A stretch of DNA of 64,000 nt from Myxococcales bacterium (GCA_045863395.1 BTVJ01000037.1:8010-72009); one strand, 5' to 3'; shown: positions 37,401 through 45,960, counted from the stretch's first letter. Program-made: numbers and translations. Notes: generated by a model not told the origin, from the letters alone.

Positions 37401-39571
37401 CCGGGGACGTGGTGTGCGGCGTGGCGATGATCGGCATGGACCTGCTGCCGTACATCGGCCGGGCCAGGCCCTTCCTTCAGGCGGGCAACCGGGCCTTCTA
37501 CGTCATCGAGGGCGTCCAGATCATGGGTCAGTCCGTGATCATGACGGCCCAGGCGCTCGATCAGATCGAGCACCTGCGCAACGGCCAGATCCGCGAGATC
37601 GCGGAGCTGCAGGAGCAGATCCGGCTCCTGGAGCACACGAACCCGTCCGATCCGCGGCTCCCGGGAATGCGCCGCGACCTGCAGCGCCGCGTGGACGAGG
37701 CCCGGGCGACCGGCGAGCGCGTGTTCGGTGAGCTGGCGTCCATGCAGGCGATCATCCTGGTCGGCGGGGCCGCGTTCCAGCAGATCGGGCAGCACGGCAT
37801 GCGCACCCGCGTCTCCGAGCTCGGTGACGCCGGGATCCTGCACGACGTGCCCGGGTCCACGCCGCACTACGACCCGCAGACCGGGCGCATCGTGGCGGAC
37901 GCATCGACGCTGTCGCGCGCCGAGCTGGACGTGCTCGTCGAGGCGCGCTCCACGGACATCGCGCGGCGCCAGCGGGCGGTCGCGGAGGTCCTGGGCGACG
38001 AGCGCGTGCGCCTCGAGCCCGCGGCGGGCGCCACGGAGACGCGGGTCCGCCGCTCCGGGGAGGAGGTCGTCGTCGAGGTGCCGGCCGACCGTCCGCTGGA
38101 CGCCGTCCTCGACGACGTGTGGGCGTGGCGGGCGCAGCAGGAGGGCCGCCCGGGCACCGTGCGGCCCCACGGGGAGGCGCCTGCCACCGACCGGACCGGG
38201 TCCCCGGTGTACGGCGCCGCGGACGTGGCGGCGCAGCCCCACGTGGCCGTGGGCAACCGCGTGGCGACGGAGACAGAGGCCCGCGCCGTGGTCGAGGCGC
38301 TCATGCGGGGGGACCGGGCGGCCCTGGCGGCGCTGGGGGTGGACGCGCTGCCGCCCCGCTTCGACCCGACGGCTACCGAGTGGGGCATCGGCCAGCTCGC
38401 GGATGGGCAGTTCATCGTGATCCGCGGAGACGGGGGCGCCGTGGACTGGGGGCACTTCCCCGGGGTGCGCCCCGTGTCCCACAGCCACCCCGCCGCGCCG
38501 TCGAAGGTGCTGCGCGGCGCCGACGGCGAGCCGGGGGCGCTGCGCTTCGAGGAGCTGCTCACCGCGTCCACCGCGCAGGCGTCCGCCAACCGGGTCAACG
38601 TGTTCCCGTCGGCCGCGGACGTGGCCTTCTGCGCGCGCTTCGGCGTCAACGGGCACGTGGTCCAGACGCCGTATCTGCACCTGGGCGGTGGGCGCATCGG
38701 CAACCCGGGCGACGCGGCCGGCCCGCGCGTCGAGTTCGTCATCGGGCGCCCCATGCGCGTCGGCACGATGGAGGGCTCGACCATCCCCATCTACCGCACG
38801 GAGATGACCGCCCGCGCCGGGGGAGAGGTCCTGTGGCGCGGCGACGTGTGGGCGATGGATCACCCGGCCATCGGCAGCATGCTCGACTTTGCGGCCCCGC
38901 CGTACCTGCGCGCGGCCTCCGACACGCCCGGGAGCGGCCGGACGCAGACCCGGGCGGGGCGGGAGCCCGCCGGGAGGGACTCCGAGCCCATCGCCGACCG
39001 GGAGCCTGCCGCGGCGCGGGACCCCGATGCCGGAGCGGTCCACGGTGAGGTGGAGGTGCCGCTGCTCGCGTCGGACGTGCCGCCGCCGACGCGCCGCCAG
39101 CTCCGGGAGCTGCGCCGCCGCCACCCGCGGGGCACGAGCGAGAGCGAGCTGCGGGCCCTGTGGCTCATCGAGCACCAGGTCGCCACCCGGAGCGTCGTGT
39201 CCGGCGAGCGCGCGTGCGCCGCGCTGCTCGGCGTGCGGCGCGGGGCGCCCATGGTCGACCTGGTGCGCGTGCAGCGCAGCGGCCGGCTCGTGCCCATCGA
39301 GGTGAAGAACCAGACCGAGGCGCACCTGTCCGGCCAGGGGAACGCCGCCTTCCGCAAGTTCGAGAGCATCGCAGGGGGCTCGGAGATCGCCCGGGTGTCC
39401 CACTTCGAGGTGCTCATGCACACAGACTCGCGCCTGCCGCCCAACTTCCGCGTCACTGCGGGTGGGGTGTTGGAGCAGCTCGTCAGCGGGACCTCCCGCT
39501 GGGAGCGCGTGCTCTTCGGCGCCAAGGAGGTCCGCGTGCGGCGCGGGGATCTCGGGGAGATCTCGCGATAG
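34457..39571 (+). CDS. Large DUF4157 (eCIS core domain) protein with putative C-terminal JAB-like and PD-(D/E)XK toxin domains
   Basis: IRTD...GARALQTGAVIHL...VAHELIHAAQ (HExxH at 35018-35032); hydrophobic segments ~37255-37450; EWGI...SHSHP...FPSAAD (~38378-38620); VDLV...IEVKN (~39254-39310). Start is uncertain (34361-34457). Confidence 0.75.
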   Translation: MVFVRRRRDRPEPRSESRRASRAGHGSSHAPGAALRQAEAAALVDRLVRPITDTAHLDAEHIAHLIAGWVRAGAITRESLPALLEVMRQGSTPEAASLAGAVERHLAGTDAAPPAPQAAARQASAARLVRAMGPLLGLTPSAIDIRTDRDASALTAARGARALQTGAVIHLHSSVDPGTAAGRDTVAHELIHAAQRAAPPGASEPAPSLAAAERQARAMAPALAKGGAPSVALEPLPVTALAADDDQEPAQERASQGVTLPRGTDWDVVGARVVVRTSWLISQVQAEPGASPPTADEIAAPATLALFLQRLKERGVLGWLTADQVSLLSRELFIPGPIERDVIIAYALPMAVYERVGLPPGVPFQWHFAGGGARCILSADRLIPPGASPDSHPRISPQLQEQIFDRLELATGYVLRDEAWAFIRGRGALELGSTTVGRLGPAFTLIYSREDMELLFGADIWESVQEEVASGDVTDTPRPPGGLTLDPALTDEDRELVQRFLAELTRGSEGGAGERTTTITPHLVAVWRRIDAHPQKEQILAELRRGGGADGAPLSALRFLNAINQVELAATYRELGMDPPEADPDSDWRPILEEPVRGTIINRSDLLYAGKEGHFVFETENRADAFRVPRTRVRWVVTPKDRPAEHIEEGRTYHCDLDPPDVFEADFEHTGTYTVHAFVNHNFYLPAHFSIDVEVTTQVERLRQVEDTAFAGFGHDTSSAAHEFETALLDEVGADRFQHGLLTRGTLPDGYERPDFDRRIALLTSQRARLEGFIEEHAGSASPRDQDMVRYARDAIEAIDAVLTDVRGERARGATFFEVRAAYVPDRPGLRSGPLSLIASARRADGEIAITIHDTSQVYEPENFTFSDTGATFAAALEEVFIDLCKAYPSGRMSLRAEVLDATLSPTTDTLGFELDCGSSWESIRTTVWDPAVEIAINIVGVAAMVFFPASATVVFPLLVAYNATDTIARLAEEGERGTLTAGDVVCGVAMIGMDLLPYIGRARPFLQAGNRAFYVIEGVQIMGQSVIMTAQALDQIEHLRNGQIREIAELQEQIRLLEHTNPSDPRLPGMRRDLQRRVDEARATGERVFGELASMQAIILVGGAAFQQIGQHGMRTRVSELGDAGILHDVPGSTPHYDPQTGRIVADASTLSRAELDVLVEARSTDIARRQRAVAEVLGDERVRLEPAAGATETRVRRSGEEVVVEVPADRPLDAVLDDVWAWRAQQEGRPGTVRPHGEAPATDRTGSPVYGAADVAAQPHVAVGNRVATETEARAVVEALMRGDRAALAALGVDALPPRFDPTATEWGIGQLADGQFIVIRGDGGAVDWGHFPGVRPVSHSHPAAPSKVLRGADGEPGALRFEELLTASTAQASANRVNVFPSAADVAFCARFGVNGHVVQTPYLHLGGGRIGNPGDAAGPRVEFVIGRPMRVGTMEGSTIPIYRTEMTARAGGEVLWRGDVWAMDHPAIGSMLDFAAPPYLRAASDTPGSGRTQTRAGREPAGRDSEPIADREPAAARDPDAGAVHGEVEVPLLASDVPPPTRRQLRELRRRHPRGTSESELRALWLIEHQVATRSVVSGERACAALLGVRRGAPMVDLVRVQRSGRLVPIEVKNQTEAHLSGQGNAAFRKFESIAGGSEIARVSHFEVLMHTDSRLPPNFRVTAGGVLEQLVSGTSRWERVLFGAKEVRVRRGDLGEISR

Positions 39572-40480
39572 ATGGGCTGGGACCTGACGGCGCTCGTGGA
39601 TCCAGCGCGCCCCGAGGACACCGGTGCGCTGCTCGTGGCGTGGGCGGCCGCCTTTGGAGACGGGGTCGCCGAGGCCACGCTGCGAGGCGGCGCCATCGCC
39701 GGGGCGCGTCGCGCGGTGATCCGCGGCGCCGCGCAGGTGCAGGGGGCGCTCGCCGAGTGGGCGGCGGAGCACGTGCGCGACGACGGCGCGCTCGACGTGG
39801 AGCTGCTGCTCGACGTGGAGGGCGACCCCGACATCTGGCCCGCGCCCGTCGCCCTGGCCTGCGGACCACGGCACGCCGGACCCCAGGGCACGGGGCGCCG
39901 CGTGCCGCTGGTGCTGGGCTTCGGGGACCGGCGCGCCTACGCGGAGGGGGTACGCCTCGCCGGGGGGGTGACCCTGGACGAGACCTTCGTGCGTCAGGCC
40001 CTGGAGGGGATGTGCCGCGCGCTGCGCCCGACGACCCTGGTCCTCGAGGAGGAGCAGGCTACGGGGCTCCCGCTCAACGCGCACCTCGTCTACCACCGCG
40101 ACGTGAGCGGCTTCGAGCAGGATCTGCGAGACATCGCCCAAATGACGCTGCACGGGGGAGGCGGCCTGGACGGGGCGCGGGCGCACGTCCCCAAGCTCTC
40201 CGAGGCGCTTCGGACCTTCCGCATCGTGTTCGCGGGGCGCGTCCCGGAGCACAGCCGCGAGCTGGTCCGCCTGCTGGAGGCGCACGCGGCGGCGGTGATG
40301 GATCCGGCCTGGTCTCTCGATCACGGCACGCTGGAGCGGGCGCTGCTGGAGTCGGAGGATCTGGACCTCTTCGCCGACGACGGCCACGGGGTGGGCTTCG
40401 CAGCGCTGCCGTTCCTGGAGGAGGTCTGCGAGGACCCCTACGTGGCGCTCCTGGAGGCGGCGGCGGGGGGGCGCTCATGA
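39572..40480 (+). CDS. Hypothetical protein, candidate immunity protein
   Basis: ATG immediately follows the upstream TAG; 302 aa, no signal peptide, no motif I recognise. Confidence 0.6.
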   Translation: MGWDLTALVDPARPEDTGALLVAWAAAFGDGVAEATLRGGAIAGARRAVIRGAAQVQGALAEWAAEHVRDDGALDVELLLDVEGDPDIWPAPVALACGPRHAGPQGTGRRVPLVLGFGDRRAYAEGVRLAGGVTLDETFVRQALEGMCRALRPTTLVLEEEQATGLPLNAHLVYHRDVSGFEQDLRDIAQMTLHGGGGLDGARAHVPKLSEALRTFRIVFAGRVPEHSRELVRLLEAHAAAVMDPAWSLDHGTLERALLESEDLDLFADDGHGVGFAALPFLEEVCEDPYVALLEAAAGGRS

Positions 40481-41256
40481 GCGCACCGTGGACGACGGGT
40501 GAGGGGCGCTTCCTGATCCTGCCGCGCCAGGCCGGGTCTCCCGAGCGCGGCTGCGGGCCCGGGTTCGACGAGGAGACGGGGGCCGACGTCCTGATCACCG
40601 TCAGCGGGCTGCAGGAGAGCACCGCGCAGACGCTGCGGGCCTCCCTGGCGCCGGACGTCCCCGGGGTGTCGCGGCTGCTGCACGTCGGCCCCGTCGACGG
40701 GCAGCCGCTCTGGGCGCTGGTGGAGGAGCTGCCGCCCGACGCCGCGCCCGTCGGCGAGCGCCGCGGCGACCCGCTGCCCACCGGCGAGGTCGCGCGGCTC
40801 GTCGCGCGGATCGGCGACGCCATCCGCCAGGCTCACGCCCGTGGGCGCCCGCTCGTCGGGCTCCGCCCGGAGCTGGTCTTCCGCGGCCCGGACGCCGTGA
40901 TGGTCGCCCCCCGCTGCGAGCCCTTCCTGACGACGGCCGCGAGGCCCTGTACGGGCCAGCTCCCGGTGTTTCCGCGCGTCTATCTGTCTCCGGAGGCGCT
41001 GGCGCTGCGGCCCGTGGACGAGCGGAGCGACGTGTTCTCTCTGTGCGCCATGGCCGCCGCGTGGGTGACGGGGGTGCACCCCTTCGAGGAGACCACCCTC
41101 ATGGCGCACGTCATGGCCATCGCCTCCGGGTCGCCGGGGCGTCTGCCAGACCCGTGGGACGGCCCGCTGCGTGCCGGGATGGCGCGAGACCCTGCCGCCC
41201 GGATCCGCGTCGACGCGCTGCTGGAGCAGGTCGCTCGGCTGGAGCACGACCCGTGA
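40477..41256 (+). CDS. Degenerate Ser/Thr protein-kinase-fold protein (pseudokinase)
   Basis: Retains ALVEE, YLSPE, DERSDVFSL, GVHPF and DPAAR. The catalytic loop reads LVGLRPELV rather than HRDLKPEN; no DFG. Confidence 0.7.
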   Translation: MSAPWTTGEGRFLILPRQAGSPERGCGPGFDEETGADVLITVSGLQESTAQTLRASLAPDVPGVSRLLHVGPVDGQPLWALVEELPPDAAPVGERRGDPLPTGEVARLVARIGDAIRQAHARGRPLVGLRPELVFRGPDAVMVAPRCEPFLTTAARPCTGQLPVFPRVYLSPEALALRPVDERSDVFSLCAMAAAWVTGVHPFEETTLMAHVMAIASGSPGRLPDPWDGPLRAGMARDPAARIRVDALLEQVARLEHDP

Positions 41257-43328
41257 CCGACGGAGAGCAGGCAGCAGGGCCCGACGCCCGCTTCCTCGCC
41301 GACGTAGTGCTGGCGTGGCTCTCGGCGCTGCTCGACGGGGCGGCCTCGGACGACGGCGCAGGGGCCCTGCGAGAGGAGTGGGGGCGCATCGTGGGGCCGG
41401 GTCGGAGCGATCTGGCGCTCACCCGCGTGGCGAACCAGCTCTCGCTTGACTCCGTCGACCAGCTCCTGCTGGTCCTGGCGGTCGCCCCGTATCTGGACCC
41501 GCGCTTTCGCGACCGCTACCGCGCGCTCCAGCGCTCGGGCCTGGCGGACCGCTGCACGGTCGCCCTGGCGCTGGACCTGCTCTGGCCGGACGGCGCCTCC
41601 CGTCTCTCTGCCTTGTCGCGCTTCGGGCGCGAGCGCCCGCTCCTGCGCAGCGGGCTCGTCACCCTGGAGCCCGCGCCCAACTCCACCGGCGATGCGCTGG
41701 TCGACCAGATGCTCTGCGTCCCCCAGCGGACGGTGGATCTGCTGCTCGGCTCGCCGCGCCTCGACGAGCGCACGCGCCAGTATTGCGTCGTCGAGTCTGA
41801 CCCGGTGCGCATCGACCAGGTCATCGTGGCGGAGGCGTCGAAGCGGGAGGTGCTCTCGCTGGTGCGCAACCACGGCGCGTTCCGGAGTCACGCGCGCAGG
41901 CTCGGCTTCGAGCGGGCCATCCCCTACGGCCGGAGCATCACGATCCTGCTCGCGGGCGCTCCGGGCACGGGGAAGACGCTGTTTGCCCGCGCGCTGGCGT
42001 CCACGGTGGGCCGCCCCCTCATCCGGGTGTTCTCCGACAAGCTGGCGGAGTCGCAGGAGGCCATCGAGCCTGCGGTGACGGCGCTCTTCCACGACGCGCT
42101 GCTCAACGACGCGGTCGTGTTCTTCGACGAGTGCGAGGGGTTGTTCGGACACCGCGGCACGAAGCTCGGGTTCCTGCTGGCGGAGATGGAGCGCTTCACG
42201 GGGGTGCTGCTGCTGGCGACCAACGCCCCGCAGGCCCTGGACCCAGCGCTGGACCGGCGCATCGTCTACCGCATGGACTTCGAGCTGCCGGACCCGGTCG
42301 AGCGCGAGCAGATCTGGGAGCTCCACCTGCCGCCGGAGGCGCCGCTCGACGGCGACGTGGACCTGCCGCTGCTCGCCAACCTGTTCAACTTCCCCGGGGG
42401 GACCATCAAGAACTCGGTGCTCGTGGCGCTCAACAAGGCCATCGAGCGGTCCGCGGAGGCTCCGACCATCGACATGGGGCTGCTGCGCTCGGCGGCGGAG
42501 AGCCAGCTCCGCTACAACCTGGACGACTTCGCCGTGCGCAGCCGCGTGCGGCTCACCCTCGACGACCTGGTGCTGCCGGCCGCCGAGCGCGAGAAGCTCG
42601 ACGAGATCCTGGAGGCCTGCCGCAACAAGGACTTCGTGCTGAACAAGTGGGGCTTCGGGGAGCGCCTCGTCACGGGGAAGGGCATCGGCTGCCTCTTCGA
42701 CGGGCCACCCGGCACGGGCAAGACCCTGTGCGCCGAGATCCTGGCCCGGGAGCTGTCTCGGCAGCTCTTCCGCGTCCACATCCCGAACATCGTGAGCAAG
42801 TGGGTCGGTGAGACAGAGAAGAACATTGCCGAGATCTTCGGCCGCGCCCGCGCCACCCACGCGATCCTGCTCTTCGACGAGGCGGACAGCCTGTTCGGCA
42901 AGCGCACGGAGGTCAAGTCGTCCAATGACCGGTATGCCAACCAGGAGGTGAACCTCCTGCTGCAGGAGATCGAGCGCTTCGAGGGCATCGTGGTCCTGAC
43001 GACCAACCTGTTCGGCGGGCTGGACGACGCCCTGAAGCGGCGCATCCACTACCGCATCAGCTTCCCCAAGCCGGAGCTCGCCGAGCGGGTGACTCTCTGG
43101 CGGCGCCTCATCCCGCGGGAGGCGCCGCTGGCTCCGGACGTCGACTTCCAGGCGCTCGGCAAGGTCTACCCGTTCAGCGGCGGAAACATCAAGAACGCGG
43201 TGCTCCGCGCGGCCTACCGGGCGTGCGCCGACGGGGGAGTCCTGACGATGAGGCACCTCTCCGACGCGGCGCGCCTGGAGTGCGAGTCTGCGGGCATCCT
43301 GGTGCGGGAGGCGCCCGTGGTCGGCTGA
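41253..43328 (+). CDS. Tandem AAA+ ATPase resembling eCIS-associated (Afp15/Pvc15-like) ATPases
   Basis: N-terminal LAVAPYLDPRF...TVALALDLL; GAPGTGKT/FFDE and GPPGTGKT/LFDEAD; SKWVGETEKN, DRYANQEVN. Confidence 0.88.
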   Translation: MTDGEQAAGPDARFLADVVLAWLSALLDGAASDDGAGALREEWGRIVGPGRSDLALTRVANQLSLDSVDQLLLVLAVAPYLDPRFRDRYRALQRSGLADRCTVALALDLLWPDGASRLSALSRFGRERPLLRSGLVTLEPAPNSTGDALVDQMLCVPQRTVDLLLGSPRLDERTRQYCVVESDPVRIDQVIVAEASKREVLSLVRNHGAFRSHARRLGFERAIPYGRSITILLAGAPGTGKTLFARALASTVGRPLIRVFSDKLAESQEAIEPAVTALFHDALLNDAVVFFDECEGLFGHRGTKLGFLLAEMERFTGVLLLATNAPQALDPALDRRIVYRMDFELPDPVEREQIWELHLPPEAPLDGDVDLPLLANLFNFPGGTIKNSVLVALNKAIERSAEAPTIDMGLLRSAAESQLRYNLDDFAVRSRVRLTLDDLVLPAAEREKLDEILEACRNKDFVLNKWGFGERLVTGKGIGCLFDGPPGTGKTLCAEILARELSRQLFRVHIPNIVSKWVGETEKNIAEIFGRARATHAILLFDEADSLFGKRTEVKSSNDRYANQEVNLLLQEIERFEGIVVLTTNLFGGLDDALKRRIHYRISFPKPELAERVTLWRRLIPREAPLAPDVDFQALGKVYPFSGGNIKNAVLRAAYRACADGGVLTMRHLSDAARLECESAGILVREAPVVG

Positions 43329-43506
43329 CCCGGCGCCCGGCGTCAGGACCACCTGGCGCGAGCGCGTCCGCATGAGAGGAGGGGGCCTCCCGGCGAGGGG
43401 GAGGGCACCTTCGGGGACGCGTCGGAGTGGTCCGCCGTCGCGAGGTCCGCACCGACCCCACCGGGGCCCCGCTCCGCGCTTGTGGCGGGGCCCGCGCGCA
43501 CGTAGC

Positions 43507-45960
43507 ATGGGGAGCCCCGCCCACCGGAGGACCGTGTTGCGCCTTTGTCTCGTCGCCCCCGCCCTCGCACTCCTCGTGGCCTGCATGCCCCAGCGCATCC
43601 CCGGGCAGGATGACGTCCCCGACTCCGTGGCGGCGCTCGACGTCGGCGCGGATGGGGAGGCCGACTCGGCCGAGGACGCCGTCGCCGACGTGGAGCCGCT
43701 GCCGGATGTGGTTGTCGCCGACGCCGCTGAGGACGTGCCTGTGCTGGACGTCCCCAAGCCGCTGGACCTGGGGCCCGCGGACGTCGCCGACACCGCCGCG
43801 CCGCTCCCCACCGGGCCGTGCGACTTCGTCGGGCTGCTGGGTGGCGGGGACCCCGTGAGCGAGGCGGCCCACACGGTCGGCGCGTACCGGGTGACCGTGG
43901 ACCCCTTCGCCCTGCGTGCCTGGCACGAGAGCGAGCCCGGGCAGGACGTCGTGGCCACCGCCCTGTCGGGCGGCATGGTCCACGCGCGGGCGGGGGCCCT
44001 TCAGGTCTCGGAGGTGGGCGCGACCTGGGCCGTCGCGTTTGCCCCGGGCACCACCTGCACCGGGGCGCGGGTCGCGACCGTGGCGAGCGCCCATGAGCGT
44101 GCCGTCATCGCGGGCTACTTCGACGACGGCGGCCCCTGCCTGGGCCTGACCTTCCGCGTGTCGCTGTGCCAGCCGCGCCCCGACGAGCTGCGCCTGCTGG
44201 TGGAGCTGGTCGGCGAGGGCTTTGCCACGGCGACCCTGCGCCTCGCGTCGGACCCGGGGGAGCGGATCCTGGGCCTCGGCGCCCAGGCCCCCGTGACGAC
44301 CCTGAACCTCAAGGGGCGGACGATCCCCGTGCTCGTCCGCCCGGGCGGCATCGGCCGCGGGCAGTCTCCGGTCACGGAGCTGGTGGAGGCGGAGACCCCC
44401 GGCGCCGGCGGGTCGCCGGACAGCACGCCCTACCCCGTGCCCTTCTTCATGACCAGCGCCAGCCGGGGGCTGTACCTGGCCCACGACGAGGTGTCCCTGT
44501 TCACCTTTGCCCCCAAGGCCACCGAGGTCAGCGCCCGGCGGTCTCCCCTCGACGTCCGGGTCCTCCGGGGGCCGACCCCGCTCGCCCTGGTGCAGCAGCT
44601 CACCGAGGTGACCGGCCGCGCCACGCCGCCCCCCGCCTGGGTCGAAGAGGGCGCGATCATCGGCCTCTCGAGCGGGACGGGGCCGGCCCTCATCCACCTC
44701 GACGCGCTCCTCGAGCAGGGGGCGTTGGTCTCGGCGGTGTGGCGCCCGGACTGGAGCGGCGCGGGCCGCCCGTGGAGCTGGCCCATGCCCCCCGACGATG
44801 CAAAGACGTGGGCAACGTGGGGCGCCACGCTCGCGGACCGCGGCATCCGCACGCTCTGCCAGGTGGACCCCGTGCTGCGGCCCGTCGCGGGTGGTCCAGG
44901 TGGGGCCCGGGACCTCTACGCAGAGGCGGTGGAGGGGGGCCTCGTCGTGACTGTCGAGGGTGCCCCCGCGGTCGTGACGGGTGACGACGGCGTGGACGGG
45001 GTCCTCCTCGACGCCACAAACCCCGCCGCGGCCGCGTGGATGAAGGACGTCCTCCAGAAGCTGGTCCAGGGGGCCGCCGGCTGCGACGGCTGGACCGCTC
45101 CCGGCGGGGAGCTGTTCCCCGTGGAGGCGGTCGCGGACGGAGACTCCGACAGCGCCCACAACCTCTACCCCGTCGCCTGGGCGCACCTGCTGTCGGAGGC
45201 CGTGGCAGGGCAGGGGCTGGTCCTGGCGCGGGCCGGCTTCACGGGGACCCCGGCGTCAGGAGCAGTCCCCTGGACCGGCGAGCAGCTCACCACCTGGGAC
45301 GACCAGGACGGCTTTGCCAGCGCCCTCCGCGCCTTGATCGGTGGGGGAATCTCGGGCATCGCCTACAACCACATGGAGACCGGCGGCAGCACGTCCGTCG
45401 CTTCTCTGGGACTCGTCTTGGGGCGCGAGCCGGAGCTGCTGCGCAGGTGGGTCGAGGCGAGCGCGTTCACGGCGCTGCTCCGCACCCACGAGGGAGACTC
45501 TCCCGAGGACAACGCCCAGATCTACAGCGACCCTGAGTCCATGGAGCACTTCGCTCGTTTCACGCGGGTCTACAAGGCGCTCGCGTTCTACCGGGGCCAG
45601 CTCCACGAGCAGGCCACGAGTCAGGGCTGGCCGCTGGTGCGCCACCTGGCGCTCCACACTCCCGGCGATGCCCCGTCCTGGCTCGTCGACGACGAGTTCC
45701 TGCTGGGAAGCGAGATCCTGGTCGCACCGAGCGTGGAGCGCTGCCTGACGCCCCCGGACTGCCCCCACGAGCGCAAGGTCTACCTGCCGCCGGGAGTCTG
45801 GACCCACCTGTGGACGGGCAAGGACTACGGGGTGATGGCGAGCGGAACGAAAGTCACCGTGGAGGCCCCGGTCGGGCGACCCGCGGTGTTCTACCGCAAG
45901 GCGTCGCCGGTCGGCCTGTCCTTCGTCCAGAACCTGACGTTGCTCGGTGTGGAGCTCTGA
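43507..45960 (+). CDS. GH31 (YihQ/sulfoquinovosidase-like) lipoprotein with substituted catalytic residues
   Basis: Lipobox LVAC; ILGLGAQ...LNLKG, PVPFFMTS, TGRATPPPAW, HNLYPVAWA, RTHEG, FLLGSEILVAP, VYLPPGVWTHLW. Nucleophile motif reads GWTAPGGE. Confidence 0.85.
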   Translation: MGSPAHRRTVLRLCLVAPALALLVACMPQRIPGQDDVPDSVAALDVGADGEADSAEDAVADVEPLPDVVVADAAEDVPVLDVPKPLDLGPADVADTAAPLPTGPCDFVGLLGGGDPVSEAAHTVGAYRVTVDPFALRAWHESEPGQDVVATALSGGMVHARAGALQVSEVGATWAVAFAPGTTCTGARVATVASAHERAVIAGYFDDGGPCLGLTFRVSLCQPRPDELRLLVELVGEGFATATLRLASDPGERILGLGAQAPVTTLNLKGRTIPVLVRPGGIGRGQSPVTELVEAETPGAGGSPDSTPYPVPFFMTSASRGLYLAHDEVSLFTFAPKATEVSARRSPLDVRVLRGPTPLALVQQLTEVTGRATPPPAWVEEGAIIGLSSGTGPALIHLDALLEQGALVSAVWRPDWSGAGRPWSWPMPPDDAKTWATWGATLADRGIRTLCQVDPVLRPVAGGPGGARDLYAEAVEGGLVVTVEGAPAVVTGDDGVDGVLLDATNPAAAAWMKDVLQKLVQGAAGCDGWTAPGGELFPVEAVADGDSDSAHNLYPVAWAHLLSEAVAGQGLVLARAGFTGTPASGAVPWTGEQLTTWDDQDGFASALRALIGGGISGIAYNHMETGGSTSVASLGLVLGREPELLRRWVEASAFTALLRTHEGDSPEDNAQIYSDPESMEHFARFTRVYKALAFYRGQLHEQATSQGWPLVRHLALHTPGDAPSWLVDDEFLLGSEILVAPSVERCLTPPDCPHERKVYLPPGVWTHLWTGKDYGVMASGTKVTVEAPVGRPAVFYRKASPVGLSFVQNLTLLGVEL

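Noticed and set aside
34505..40387. 1960-aa minus-strand ORF, and similar long antisense ORFs such as 5336-8155, 16674-19295, 19756-22530 and 40980-43976
   Set aside because: These are shadow ORFs of GC-rich genes, lying opposite motif-bearing CDSs and lacking recognisable motifs.
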